Of a DNA stretch of 32,000 nucleotides, positions 22,349 to 32,000 are shown piece by piece. The translations under genes were made by a program, and so were the position numbers. A model generated the notes under the pieces. That model was not told where the DNA came from, ran no database searches, and saw only the letters and a list, made by a program, of their open reading frames with translations. Positions within the stretch are counted from its first letter, which is position 1, and the number at the start of each line of letters is the position of its first letter. Location of the stretch: the NCBI RefSeq assembly GCF_001012815.1, contig NZ_JYJP01000101.1, positions 8,870-40,869 of the forward strand, written 5' to 3'. The DNA comes from Vibrio mexicanus. GTDB taxonomy: Bacteria; Pseudomonadota; Gammaproteobacteria; Enterobacterales; Vibrionaceae.

Positions 22349-23683
22349 ATGGCTAAAAAACCAGGACAAGATTTTAGTAGTGCGAAAAATGGATTGGCGG
22401 AGTTGAAGTCGCGTCTTCTATTCGTATTAGGGGCTCTTCTCGTATTCCGTGCGGGTTCTTTCGTACCGCTGCCTGGTATTGACGCGGCTGTACTTGCCGA
22501 TTTGTTCGAACAGCAAAAAGGCACCATCGTTGAAATGTTTAACATGTTCTCCGGTGGTGCACTTGAGCGTGCATCTATATTAGCGTTGGGCATCATGCCG
22601 TATATTTCGGCTTCGATTGTTGTCCAACTGCTAACTGTAGTTCATCCAGCGTTAGCTGAACTCAAGAAAGAGGGTGAAGCAGGCCGTCGTAAGATCAGCC
22701 AATATACACGCTACGGCACGCTTGTACTTGCAACATTCCAAGCAATTGGTATCGCAACTGGCCTACCAAACATGGTCGACAATCTGGTTGTTATCAACCA
22801 AACCATGTTTACGCTACTTGCTACCGTAAGTTTAGTAACCGGCACCATGTTCCTAATGTGGTTAGGTGAACAAATTACAGAGCGTGGAATTGGTAATGGT
22901 ATTTCATTACTTATTTTTGCAGGTATTGTTGCTGGATTGCCATCGGCAATCGGTCAAACAATCGAGCAAGCGCGTCAAGGTGAATTGCACGTACTTCTTC
23001 TGCTGTTGATTGGTGTATTAGCTTTTGCAGTTATCTACTTTGTTGTTTTCATGGAGCGTGGTCAACGTCGTATCGTTGTCAACTACGCGAAGCGTCAACA
23101 AGGTCGAAAAGTATTTGCTGCGCAAAGCACTCACTTGCCACTTAAAATTAATATGGCAGGTGTTATTCCAGCAATCTTTGCATCAAGCATTATTTTGTTC
23201 CCAGGAACATTAGCTCAGTGGTTCGGTCAGAACGGTGAGAGCAGCACATTCGGTTGGCTAACTGATGTGTCTTTGGCTCTTAGCCCAGGTCAGCCATTGT
23301 ACGTTATGCTTTATGCAGCAGCGATTATCTTCTTCTGTTTCTTCTATACTGCGTTGGTGTTTAACCCTCGCGAAACAGCAGATAACCTGAAGAAGTCTGG
23401 TGCATTCGTACCCGGTATCCGCCCAGGTGAGCAGACAGCGAAATATATCGATAAAGTAATGACACGTTTAACCTTAGCTGGTGCGTTATACATTACCTTT
23501 ATCTGTCTGATTCCCGAGTTCATGATGGTCGCGTGGAACGTACGTTTCTACTTCGGCGGTACATCACTACTTATCGTAGTAGTTGTAATCATGGACTTTA
23601 TGGCACAGGTACAGACTCATCTGATGTCCCAACAGTATGATTCTGTGTTGAAAAAAGCAAATCTGAAAGGGTACGGCCGTTAA
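22349..23683 (+). CDS. secY: Preprotein translocase subunit SecY.
   Basis: 444 aa multi-pass membrane protein. ...[27 protein letters not shown]...[17 protein letters not shown]... Canonical position in the spc operon. Confidence 0.98.
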   Translation: MAKKPGQDFSSAKNGLAELKSRLLFVLGALLVFRAGSFVPLPGIDAAVLADLFEQQKGTIVEMFNMFSGGALERASILALGIMPYISASIVVQLLTVVHPALAELKKEGEAGRRKISQYTRYGTLVLATFQAIGIATGLPNMVDNLVVINQTMFTLLATVSLVTGTMFLMWLGEQITERGIGNGISLLIFAGIVAGLPSAIGQTIEQARQGELHVLLLLLIGVLAFAVIYFVVFMERGQRRIVVNYAKRQQGRKVFAAQSTHLPLKINMAGVIPAIFASSIILFPGTLAQWFGQNGESSTFGWLTDVSLALSPGQPLYVMLYAAAIIFFCFFYTALVFNPRETADNLKKSGAFVPGIRPGEQTAKYIDKVMTRLTLAGALYITFICLIPEFMMVAWNVRFYFGGTSLLIVVVVIMDFMAQVQTHLMSQQYDSVLKKANLKGYGR

Positions 23684-23723
23684 TCCGGCGGTAGTCTGAA
23701 GATTTCATTTACGGAGTTTAGCA

Positions 23724-23837
23724 ATGAAAGTTCGTGCTTCCGTTAAAAAAATCTGCCGTAACTGTAAAGTTATCAAGCGTAACGGTGTCGTTCGCGTGAT
23801 TTGCAGTGAGCCAAAGCATAAACAACGCCAAGGCTAA
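23724..23837 (+). CDS. rpmJ: 50S ribosomal protein L36 (37 aa; below the ORF-track size cutoff).
   Basis: ATG at 23724 after [41 protein letters not shown], with the zinc-ribbon CxxC...C...H pattern, immediately after secY. Confidence 0.95.
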
Positions 23838-23854
23838 TTAGCAGAAATTTTTAC

Positions 23855-23883
23855 TTGAAATATAAGGTAGTGTCGCGTATATT
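23855..23883 (+). promoter_or_regulatory. Alpha operon sigma70 promoter.
   Basis: -35 TTGAAA (23855-23860), 17-bp spacer, -10 TATATT (23878-23883), GC-rich discriminator cctcggc. Confidence 0.65.
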
Positions 23884-23889
23884 CCTCGG

Positions 23890-23990
23890 CCTACCTTTTG
23901 CGTGCAAAAGAAGTAGTATGCCGCAGCGTATCCTCGACGGGCTTTGCTGCGGATAATTCTTTTATGAAACACTAGGAGTGAATAATGGCC
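23890..23990 (+). promoter_or_regulatory. Alpha operon leader; expected S4 translational operator region around the rpsM start.
   Basis: Hairpins cttttgc/gcaaaag (23895-23910) and ccgcagc (23921-23927) / gctgcgg (23946-23952) lie immediately upstream of the rpsM SD (taggag). The position matches the S4-binding leader known in E. coli. The pseudoknot was not verified. Confidence 0.45.
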
Positions 23991-24341
23991 CGTATTGCAG
24001 GCATTAACATTCCTGATCAAAAACATGCTGTAATCGCCCTAACGGCAATCTACGGCATCGGTAAAACTCGCTCTCAAGCTATCCTAGCTGAAGTGGGTAT
24101 TGCTGAAGATGTTAAGATCAGTGAACTAACTGAAGAGCAGATCGATCAACTGCGTGATGGTGTAGCTAAATACACTGTAGAAGGTGATCTACGTCGTGAA
24201 GTATCAATGAACATCAAGCGTCTTATGGACCTTGGTTGTTACCGTGGTCTTCGTCATCGTCGCAGTCTACCACTACGTGGACAGCGTACTAAAACCAATG
24301 CTCGCACCCGTAAGGGTCCGCGTAAGCCGATCAAGAAATAA
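23985..24341 (+). CDS. rpsM: 30S ribosomal protein S13.
   Basis: 118 aa. [33 protein letters not shown]... Confidence 0.98.
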   Translation: MARIAGINIPDQKHAVIALTAIYGIGKTRSQAILAEVGIAEDVKISELTEEQIDQLRDGVAKYTVEGDLRREVSMNIKRLMDLGCYRGLRHRRSLPLRGQRTKTNARTRKGPRKPIKK

Positions 24342-24353
24342 TCGGGAAGGTAG

Positions 24354-24749
<396 letters not shown>

Positions 24750-24776
24750 CGTTTTTTAGATTACTGGAGAAAGATC

Positions 24777-25397
24777 ATGGCAAGATATTTGGGTCCTAAG
24801 CTGAAGCTTAGCCGTCGCGAAGGTACTGACTTATTCCTTAAGTCTGGTGTACGCGCGATCGATACCAAGTGTAAAATTGATAACGCACCAGGTGTACACG
24901 GCGCTCGTCGCGGTCGTCTATCTGAGTATGGCGTTCAGCTTCGTGAGAAGCAAAAAGTTCGTCGTATCTACGGCGTTCTAGAAAAACAATTCCGTAACTA
25001 CTACAAAGAAGCTGCACGTCTTAAAGGCAACACAGGTGAGAACCTGCTTCAGCTTCTTGAAGGTCGTCTTGATAACGTAGTTTACCGCATGGGCTTTGGC
25101 GCAACTCGCGCAGAAGCACGTCAGCTAGTTAGCCATAAAGCTATCGTAGTTAACGGTAAAGTTGTAAACGTTCCTTCTTTCAAAGTTGCGGCTAACGACG
25201 TTGTTGCAATCCGTGAGAAAGCTAAAAAGCAATCTCGCATCAAGGCAGCTCTAGAAGTTGCTGAACAACGCGAAAAACCAACTTGGATTGAAGTAGATGG
25301 TGGCAAAATGGAAGGTACATTCAAGCGTATGCCTGAGCGTTCTGACCTGTCTGCTGACATCAACGAACAATTGATCGTCGAGCTTTACTCTAAGTAA
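24777..25397 (+). CDS. rpsD: 30S ribosomal protein S4.
   Basis: 206 aa. [33 protein letters not shown]... Confidence 0.98.
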   Translation: MARYLGPKLKLSRREGTDLFLKSGVRAIDTKCKIDNAPGVHGARRGRLSEYGVQLREKQKVRRIYGVLEKQFRNYYKEAARLKGNTGENLLQLLEGRLDNVVYRMGFGATRAEARQLVSHKAIVVNGKVVNVPSFKVAANDVVAIREKAKKQSRIKAALEVAEQREKPTWIEVDGGKMEGTFKRMPERSDLSADINEQLIVELYSK

Positions 25398-25421
25398 GGT
25401 TTAAACTAAAGAGAGGACACA

Positions 25422-26413
25422 ATGCAGGGTTCTGTAACAGAATTTCTTAAGCCACGTCTTGTTGATATCGAACAAATCAATACGACACACGCAAAAGTAA
25501 CTCTTGAGCCGTTAGAGCGTGGCTTTGGCCATACTCTTGGTAATGCACTTCGCCGTATTCTACTATCTTCAATGCCGGGTTGTGCCGTAACTGAAGTAGA
25601 GATTGAAGGCGTATTACACGAATACAGCACGAAAGAAGGCGTTCAAGAAGATATTCTTGAAATCCTACTTAACCTTAAAGGTCTTGCTGTTCGCGTTGCC
25701 GAAGGCAAAGATGAAGTGTTTATTACGTTGAACAAATCAGGCTCAGGCCCTGTTGTTGCAGGTGACATCACCCATGATGGTGATGTAGAGATCGCTAACC
25801 CAGAACACGTTATTTGTCACCTAACGGATGACAACGCTGAGATCGCAATGCGCATCAAAGTAGAACGTGGTCGTGGTTATGTTCCAGCTTCAGCTCGTAT
25901 CCATACTGAAGAAGATGAGCGTCCAATCGGTCGTCTACTAGTAGATGCTACATACAGCCCAGTAGACAAAATTGCCTACTCTGTAGAAGCAGCTCGTGTA
26001 GAACAGCGTACTGACTTAGACAAGCTTGTTATCGATATGGAAACGAACGGTACTCTTGAACCTGAGGAAGCAATCCGTCGTGCAGCAACAATTCTTGCTG
26101 AGCAACTGGATGCGTTCGTAGATCTTCGTGATGTACGTGTACCTGAGGAGAAGGAAGAGAAGCCAGAATTCGATCCGATCCTACTGCGTCCTGTAGACGA
26201 TCTTGAACTAACAGTTCGCTCTGCTAACTGTCTGAAAGCAGAAGCGATTCACTACATCGGTGATCTTGTACAGCGTACTGAGGTTGAGCTACTTAAAACG
26301 CCAAACCTTGGTAAAAAATCTCTTACTGAGATTAAAGACGTACTTGCATCACGTGGTCTTTCTCTGGCATGCGCCTAGAAAACTGGCCACCAGCGTCTAT
26401 CGCTGAAGATTAA
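25422..26413 (+). pseudogene. rpoA: DNA-directed RNA polymerase alpha subunit RpoA. The C-terminal frame is broken as assembled by a 1-nt deletion in the G-run at 26366-26367 (GGG to GG). The gene is essential, so this is almost certainly a sequencing error.
   Basis: [53 protein letters not shown]... is collinear with E. coli RpoA up to ...VLASRGLSL. The as-read tail is ACA-stop. Adding one G restores [15 protein letters not shown]-stop (TAA at 26411-26413), matching the E. coli C-terminus [15 protein letters not shown]. Confidence 0.95.
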
Positions 26414-26436
26414 TCGATACTAGTTAGAAGGATTAG

Positions 26437-26826
<390 letters not shown>

Positions 26827-26843
26827 TCAGTTCGTATGAACTT

Positions 26844-26871
26844 AAAAGCCGAGCATTAGCTCGGCTTTTTT
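26844..26871 (+). terminator. Rho-independent terminator at the end of the alpha operon.
   Basis: aaaagccgagc (26844-26854) / gctcggctttt (26859-26869), loop atta, T-run to 26871. Confidence 0.9.
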
Positions 26872-26900
26872 GTATTTGAATCTCTGTAGATTCTTAGAAT

Positions 26901-26934
26901 AAAAAAACGGCGACATATCATGTCGCCGTTTTCT
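26901..26934 (-). terminator. Rho-independent terminator downstream of fklB (minus strand).
   Basis: Stem acggcgacat / atgtcgccgt with a short central loop. The A7 run at 26901-26907 gives a U7 tract on the minus-strand transcript. Confidence 0.85.
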
Positions 26935-26953
26935 TCTTTAATTTCAGAAGAAA

Positions 26954-27574
26954 TTAAAGAATGTCTAGAAGCTCTACTTCAAATACAAGAGCAGCAAATG
27001 GAGGGATTGCAGCACCTGCGCCACGCTCACCGTATGCTAGATCTTGAGGAATGTATAGTTTCCACTTAGAGCCAACAGGCATTAGTTGAAGTGCTTCAAC
27101 CCAGCCTTTAATAACGCCAGTTACTGGGAACTCAGCAGGCTGACCGCGAGATACTGAGCTGTCAAATACAGTGCCGTCAGTTAGTTCGCCGTGGTAATGT
27201 ACACGAACTTGCTTGTCAGAAGTTGGGATTTCACCAGTACCTTCAGTAAGGATTTCGTACTGTAGGCCAGACTCAAGTACTGTTACTTCTGGACGTAGAG
27301 CATTGTCTTTAAGGAATGCTTCACCGTCTGCAGCTGCTGCTTTCGCTGCTTCTTGACGTACTGATTCAGCACGAGTGTGTAGCTCTTGTAGAGCTTTGTT
27401 GATTTCATCAACTTCGATTGCTGGCATGTCGCCAGTTAGAGCTGTCGCGATACCCGCAGCAATAGCGTCAACGTTTAGACCTTCAAGACCAGAACCTGCT
27501 AGTTGCTGACCCATTTGTAGACCAATGCCGTAGCTTGCTTTTTGCTCTACAGTTTCAAATTGTACTTCAGACAT
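26954..27574 (-). CDS. fklB: FKBP-type peptidyl-prolyl cis-trans isomerase FklB.
   Basis: [33 protein letters not shown]...[83 protein letters not shown] is collinear with E. coli FklB. The ATG at 27574 is preferred over the track start at 27607. Confidence 0.93.
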   Translation of the reverse strand: MSEVQFETVEQKASYGIGLQMGQQLAGSGLEGLNVDAIAAGIATALTGDMPAIEVDEINKALQELHTRAESVRQEAAKAAAADGEAFLKDNALRPEVTVLESGLQYEILTEGTGEIPTSDKQVRVHYHGELTDGTVFDSSVSRGQPAEFPVTGVIKGWVEALQLMPVGSKWKLYIPQDLAYGERGAGAAIPPFAALVFEVELLDIL

Positions 27575-27805
27575 GAATAGTTCTCTTTTCGAGTATAGAA
27601 AGGCCAAAGCATAACAGTTCTGAGCGGTTGATTAAATGGCTGTCTGTTTCAGCGAAGTGAAAAGCAACACGATGTGACCCTTATCTTACTCCTTGGCGAA
27701 AGTTACGGATTTTTACCTAACAATGACGGAGTTTGGCGAAAATCTCTATACTCCCTCTTCGTTCATTTTTATACTAGTTGTACTGCTTGTAGGAGACAGA
27801 TATTA

Positions 27806-28402
27806 ATGAACCGCAGGAAGAAAAAGCGCCCACAACAAACAGATTACATCGCTTTGTTTAAGCAAAAGTGGGTTAAATTGGATTGGAGCAAATTCAAAGA
27901 TGCGAGTGTAGTCAGAAATCTATCAGCTAAAGTTAAATCGCTCTGGTCTCGCTTACCTAAACTGCACCAGCGGGCTCTGATGGTTTTAGTCCCGGCGCTA
28001 GTTGTTCTACTCGTCTTGCCAGCACCGAAGAAAACGGAAGTATTGGAAACTCAGCCAACTTCCGGGCAGCGTGTTGAAATCACCATAAATACCCAAAGTT
28101 TGAGTGAGCAACCAGCAGCTCAAGCAGCGGCAGTTAAATCCGAAGCTTGGAAAGAGTATACGGTTAAGCAGGGCGACACACTCGCTGCGGTTTTCCGCAA
28201 CATTGGCCTACCAATGTCTGATTTGAATGCACTGGTTAAAGTTGAAGGAAATGATAAGCCACTGAGCCGAATAAAGCAGGGGCAGTTAGTGCGCTTTAAG
28301 CTAGCGGCAAACGGCGATTTAGACATTCTCCAACTTGAAAAGAGCGCCGGTTCAGTGATGTTCTTCCGATTGTCTGACGGCGGTTTTGGTCGAAGTAAGT
28401 AG
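27806..28402 (+). CDS. ytfB: OapA/LysM-domain membrane protein, YtfB-like (cell-division associated).
   Basis: The ATG at 27806 follows AGGAG (27791-27795). It has a basic N-terminus, one TM segment (ALMVLVPALVVLLVLPA) and a LysM-like segment YTVKQGDTLAAVFRNIGLPMSDLNALVKV. It is divergent from fklB as in E. coli. The track start at 27674 is probably an over-extension. Confidence 0.75.
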   Translation: MNRRKKKRPQQTDYIALFKQKWVKLDWSKFKDASVVRNLSAKVKSLWSRLPKLHQRALMVLVPALVVLLVLPAPKKTEVLETQPTSGQRVEITINTQSLSEQPAAQAAAVKSEAWKEYTVKQGDTLAAVFRNIGLPMSDLNALVKVEGNDKPLSRIKQGQLVRFKLAANGDLDILQLEKSAGSVMFFRLSDGGFGRSK

Positions 28403-29278
28403 TCCTTTCTTTTTATTCTTCTTTCTTACCCATTGCTGTTTCAACTGATAATACGGCAGCAATGGGCCAACAATCATCATAATTCCCAATACGGTTATCG
28501 CATCTGGTATTTCTGAAAAGAATAGCCAGCCAATGATGGCGACAAAAACCAACCCAGAATACTCAGCAATCGCTATGTCATTAGCTTGAGCCATTTTATA
28601 AGCTCTTACTGCGAGACCATTGTAGGTCAGTATAAGCACTGCACTCATTAGGATTAATGCAAGGTGATTAAGGCTCAATGTCTCCCATGTGGCTAATGCA
28701 GCGAAAGCCGACACAGGGAGCGATAAGAGTGTTGTCCAAAACAGCGTTGTTAATACTGGCTGCTCGTTGGGGATCTTTCTTGCCATTATGTTGAATATGG
28801 CCAGTGTCATTGCGGTACCTAAAGCAAATAGGGCAGCCCAATGGAAATGAGACGGTCTTAAGACCAGAAGAACACCTAAGAAGCCGATAAAGCTCAATAG
28901 CACCTTGTTTCTGGTTGGGGACTCTTTTAAAACGAGGACTGAGAGTGGAAGCATGAGCAGCGGCGCGGCATAAAAAATAGCATTCGCAGTCGCGAGCGGA
29001 ATATGGGTTACCGCTATCATCATGCAACCACTTCCAACAAGAATAAGGTGTGCTCTGAGTAACGTTGTCTTAGGGTTGGTGAGCACTCGCTGCGCTCTGT
29101 TTAAACGTAACCACAGTGGCAGAAGTACACAGGCGGAAAGCAGCTGGCGCAAGAAAACATACTGGAATACTGACACATCGCCGTTTAATAATTTAACGGC
29201 AACATCGGACAGTGACGCCGCTAAATTGCCGAATACCAGTAGGCAAATAGCGGTTGTTATTGCACCTTGGTTACTCAT
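28352..29278 (-). CDS. DMT-superfamily (EamA-type) inner-membrane transporter, YtfF-like.
   Basis: 308 aa and about 10 predicted hydrophobic helices in two EamA-like halves. The basic C-terminal tail KKNKKKGLL... overlaps the ytfB 3' end by 51 bp. The start overlaps the upstream GNAT gene stop (ATGAGTAA). Confidence 0.8.
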   Translation of the reverse strand: MSNQGAITTAICLLVFGNLAASLSDVAVKLLNGDVSVFQYVFLRQLLSACVLLPLWLRLNRAQRVLTNPKTTLLRAHLILVGSGCMMIAVTHIPLATANAIFYAAPLLMLPLSVLVLKESPTRNKVLLSFIGFLGVLLVLRPSHFHWAALFALGTAMTLAIFNIMARKIPNEQPVLTTLFWTTLLSLPVSAFAALATWETLSLNHLALILMSAVLILTYNGLAVRAYKMAQANDIAIAEYSGLVFVAIIGWLFFSEIPDAITVLGIMMIVGPLLPYYQLKQQWVRKKNKKKGLLTSTKTAVRQSEEHH

Positions 29279-29750
29279 TCGTGCCGTTTAAAAGTGTGCC
29301 GTCAAAAACCATATCGATGTGTGGGATACCATCTTCAAGGTAGCTCTCTGACGTACGCTTGAACCCATGGTTATTGTAGAAGACTTCAAGGTGTTCTTGG
29401 GCACCTATTTCTATGTTTTCTCGCGGCCAAAACGAACGGCAATACTGAAGAGACTTGTCCAACAGTTTATGCCCTAAGCCGCCACTGCGATGGTCTTTAT
29501 GAGTAACGATTCTGCCAATGCTAGGGCTTGGATAGCTAAGGCCAGCGGGTAACAGACGCGAATAAGCGACCAGTTTGCCATCTTGGAAGCCCAGTAGGTG
29601 ATGGACTCCCGATTGATGATCTTTATCATCGAGCTCTGGGTAGGGACAATTTTGCTCTACAACGAAAACGTCGACTCGAAGTTTCATGACATCATAAAGG
29701 TGTTGAGTGGTTAATTGCTCAAACGAGAGGAGTTGCCAGGTGATTTGCAT
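29271..29750 (-). CDS. elaA: GNAT-family N-acetyltransferase, ElaA-like.
   Basis: 159 aa. MQITWQLLSFEQLTTQHLYDVMKLRVDVFVVEQNCPYPELDDKD...GRIVTHKDHRSGGLGHKLL...GAQEHLEVFYNNHGFKRTSESYLEDGIPHIDM parallels E. coli ElaA (VFVVEQNCPY..., EDGIPHIGM). Confidence 0.85.
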   Translation of the reverse strand: MQITWQLLSFEQLTTQHLYDVMKLRVDVFVVEQNCPYPELDDKDHQSGVHHLLGFQDGKLVAYSRLLPAGLSYPSPSIGRIVTHKDHRSGGLGHKLLDKSLQYCRSFWPRENIEIGAQEHLEVFYNNHGFKRTSESYLEDGIPHIDMVFDGTLLNGTNE

Positions 29751-29798
29751 ATAAAGCCTTCGATATTATCGTTTTCTTGACTATATCAGATACGGACG

Positions 29799-29825
29799 AA
29801 AAAGGCCGAGCATTGCTGCTCGGCC
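29799..29825 (-). terminator. Rho-independent terminator downstream of cpdB (minus strand).
   Basis: Stem ggccgagca (29804-29812) / tgctcggcc (29817-29825), loop ttgc. The A5 run at 29799-29803 gives a U-tract on the minus-strand transcript. Confidence 0.85.
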
Positions 29826-29845
29826 TAACTTAGCATTTGAGTTTG

Positions 29846-31805
29846 TTACTTTTGTAAGTCGATCTGATAGATACCAAAGCCAACGCTGTCTGTATCGACG
29901 CGCTTCATTGGATACTGACCTTTGGCCTTAATAAACTCAGCGGCTTTCTCAGTTGGCGAAGTTTCGAAACGGATATCTAACTTTTTATCACTGCTGATTG
30001 GTGCAAATTTCCAGTTGTTATCAGCACTTGGTGTCACTTCCCCTTTTGCACTGCTTACTTGAGAAATATAGTTAGACAGAACGGTGCGGTTCTCATCTGG
30101 TGATTCAAAAGCAATGTACTCAGCCCCTGTACCTGGGAATTTGTTGCTAAACGCACGATAGTTGTTTGTCGCAATCAAAAACTCTTGGCTTGGATCGATT
30201 GGTTTGCTTGATACGTCAATCCAATGATACGTTCTGCACCTTCATTAACCAGTTTACAGTCACCATCGTACTTGGCTGGTTGAGTAACATCGATTTGATA
30301 CTCAACGCCATCAATAACATCAAAGTTGTAGGTTCTGAAGTCATCCCAGTTAATGAGACTTTGAGGTGATTCTAGGTTTGGATCGATTTGATTGAACTGA
30401 CCAGAGCTGCATTCAAGCCACTCTTTAACCTCGACACCTGTTACTTTTAACGCCACCAGTGTATTTGGGTAGAGGTATAAATCGGCGGCATTACGGAAAG
30501 TGAGCTGCCCTGACTCTACCTCGGTGAAGTTTGCAGGATCATTTTTGCGTCCGCCTGCTTTAAATGGGGCTGCCGCTGAAAGGACAGGTAAGCCATCGAG
30601 ATCGGGATCGCCTTGAATTAAGGTCTCCACATAATCCTTTTGGGCAAGGTTAACTATTTGTACGGTTGGATCATCTTGAACCAAAGCAAGGAAGCTATAC
30701 ATCACATCGTTGGCTTTTCCGATCGGTTGGTTGACGAACTCTCGAGTGCCTTTGTGTTCGTCTTTCACTGCATCGACAATGCCTTGATCTGCTTCGGCTA
30801 ATGAGGTCTTTTTTGTTTTGTCATAGATTGGACGAGCTTCTGCTTGGCCACTCGTAACGACCCATTTGTCACCCTCTTGTTTCAACATCAAGTCCATGAT
30901 GCCGACATGGCTACCCCAACGACCCGGCATTACCGCTGTCACACCATTGATGGTACCTTTTTGGTTATCGACACCTTGAATGTTGTCAAAGCCACGCCCA
31001 GGGAACACGGAATGTGAGTGGCCAAATGCAATCGCATCAATGCCTTCGACTTCAGACAAGTAATACGTGGAGTTCTCTGCGCCAGTGCGATAAGGATCGG
31101 TAGAGATGCCGGAGTGAGGAATCGCAACAATGACATCCGCCCCCTCTTTTTTCATTTTTGGAACGAGCTGTTCTGCGCTCTCTTTGATGTCTTGTACCGT
31201 CACTTTTCCTTCAAGGTTTTTCTTATCCCAAACCATGATTTGTGGAGGAACGAAACCAATATAACCGACTTTAACCTGTTGCTCATTACCATGAATATCG
31301 GTGAAGGTGTGCGTTTTGATTAAGTAAGGCTTGAAGTAGTAATCACCCGTCTCTTTGTCGAAAACGTTGGCGCTGATATAAGGGAAGTTAGCGCCTGCAA
31401 TTGAATTATCGAGAAACTCTAAGCCATAGTTAAATTCATGGTTACCAATGTTACCCACATCGTAATTCAGCTGGTTCATTGCTTTGTATACCGGGTGGAT
31501 GTCACCGGGAGCGACTCCTTTAGCCGCCATGTAATCACCCATCGGGCTGCCTTGAATAAGTCTCCGTTATCAACGAGGACACTGTTCACGACTTCATTTT
31601 GAGCTTGTTTTACTAGCGTTGCGGTTCGAGCCAAACCAATCTGTTTCGTTGGGACATCTTTATAGTAGTCATAGTCCATAATGTTGGTATGGATGTCTGT
31701 CGTCTCGATAATACGCAGTTTAATCGTGTCAGCCATTGCCGGCCCAGCCATCGCTAGCATTCCGCCTAGCACGGCCAAAGAGAGTGGGGATACCGCAACT
31801 TTCAT
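29846..31805 (-). pseudogene. cpdB: Periplasmic 2',3'-cyclic-nucleotide 2'-phosphodiesterase / 3'-nucleotidase CpdB. It is split into three ORFs as assembled by two 1-nt deletions, near 31556-31558 and at 30207; probable sequencing errors.
   Basis: Three consecutive track ORFs (31805-31476, 31542-30175, 30178-29846) together are collinear with E. coli CpdB. They cover the signal peptide plus LRIIETTDIHTNIMDYDYYKD...VLVDNGDL | ...GDYMAAKG...GNHEFNYG...[10 protein letters not shown]...[15 protein letters not shown]... | ...[17 protein letters not shown]...[10 protein letters not shown]...YQIDLQK. The repaired length is about 653 aa versus 647 aa in E. coli. Confidence 0.9.
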
Positions 31806-32000
31806 TGTTCGCTCCAGTTGTGAAGAGTAATATTCCCGTTCAATGTAACAAAAGTTTATGTAATGAAAGTGAATGTTAGGAAGTAAGTGAGAACTGTAGC
31901 GTAATTGAGTGTTATTTATGCAATAGAGTTCTCAATATTTCGCTGTGAATCGTGATTGGGGTAGATCGAGGGATACCTATTGCGGGGTTAGGAAGAGAGC

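Overview
This window reads as conserved core chromosome of a Vibrio-like gammaproteobacterium. That taxon call is an inference from protein sequences, roughly mid-40s % GC and gene order; no database search was possible. Gene identities come from comparing translations with E. coli orthologues recalled from memory.

Gene order, left to right:
- yheS (partial, -), then kefG-kefB-yheV-slyD (+)
- iaaA-like isoaspartyl peptidase and purA
- a secreted Sel1-repeat protein
- hmp (-) divergent from nsrR-rnr-rlmB (+), with two NsrR-like operators between them
- the complete S10, spc and alpha ribosomal-protein operons (28 genes, including secY and rpoA), each with a promoter, leader and terminator
- fklB (-), ytfB/OapA-LysM (+), an elaA-like GNAT translationally coupled to a YtfF-like DMT/EamA transporter (-), and cpdB (-)

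I found no tRNA or rRNA genes, CRISPR arrays, transposases, integrases, phage genes or defence-island content.

The most striking signal is technical. Six single-base indels, at least five of them in short homopolymers, break purA, rlmB, rpsC, rpoA and cpdB (twice). rpsC and rpoA are essential, so these are most likely assembly errors rather than real pseudogenes.

Smaller items worth a second look:
- a (CTCGCAT)x7 microsatellite just upstream of the S10 promoter
- phased GGCAA/TATTGCC palindromes upstream of the Sel1 gene
- a small yheV zinc-ribbon gene absent from the ORF track
- the GNAT-DMT coupled pair
- a 51-bp convergent gene overlap between ytfB and the DMT gene

I do not see convincing evidence for a novel multi-gene system here.
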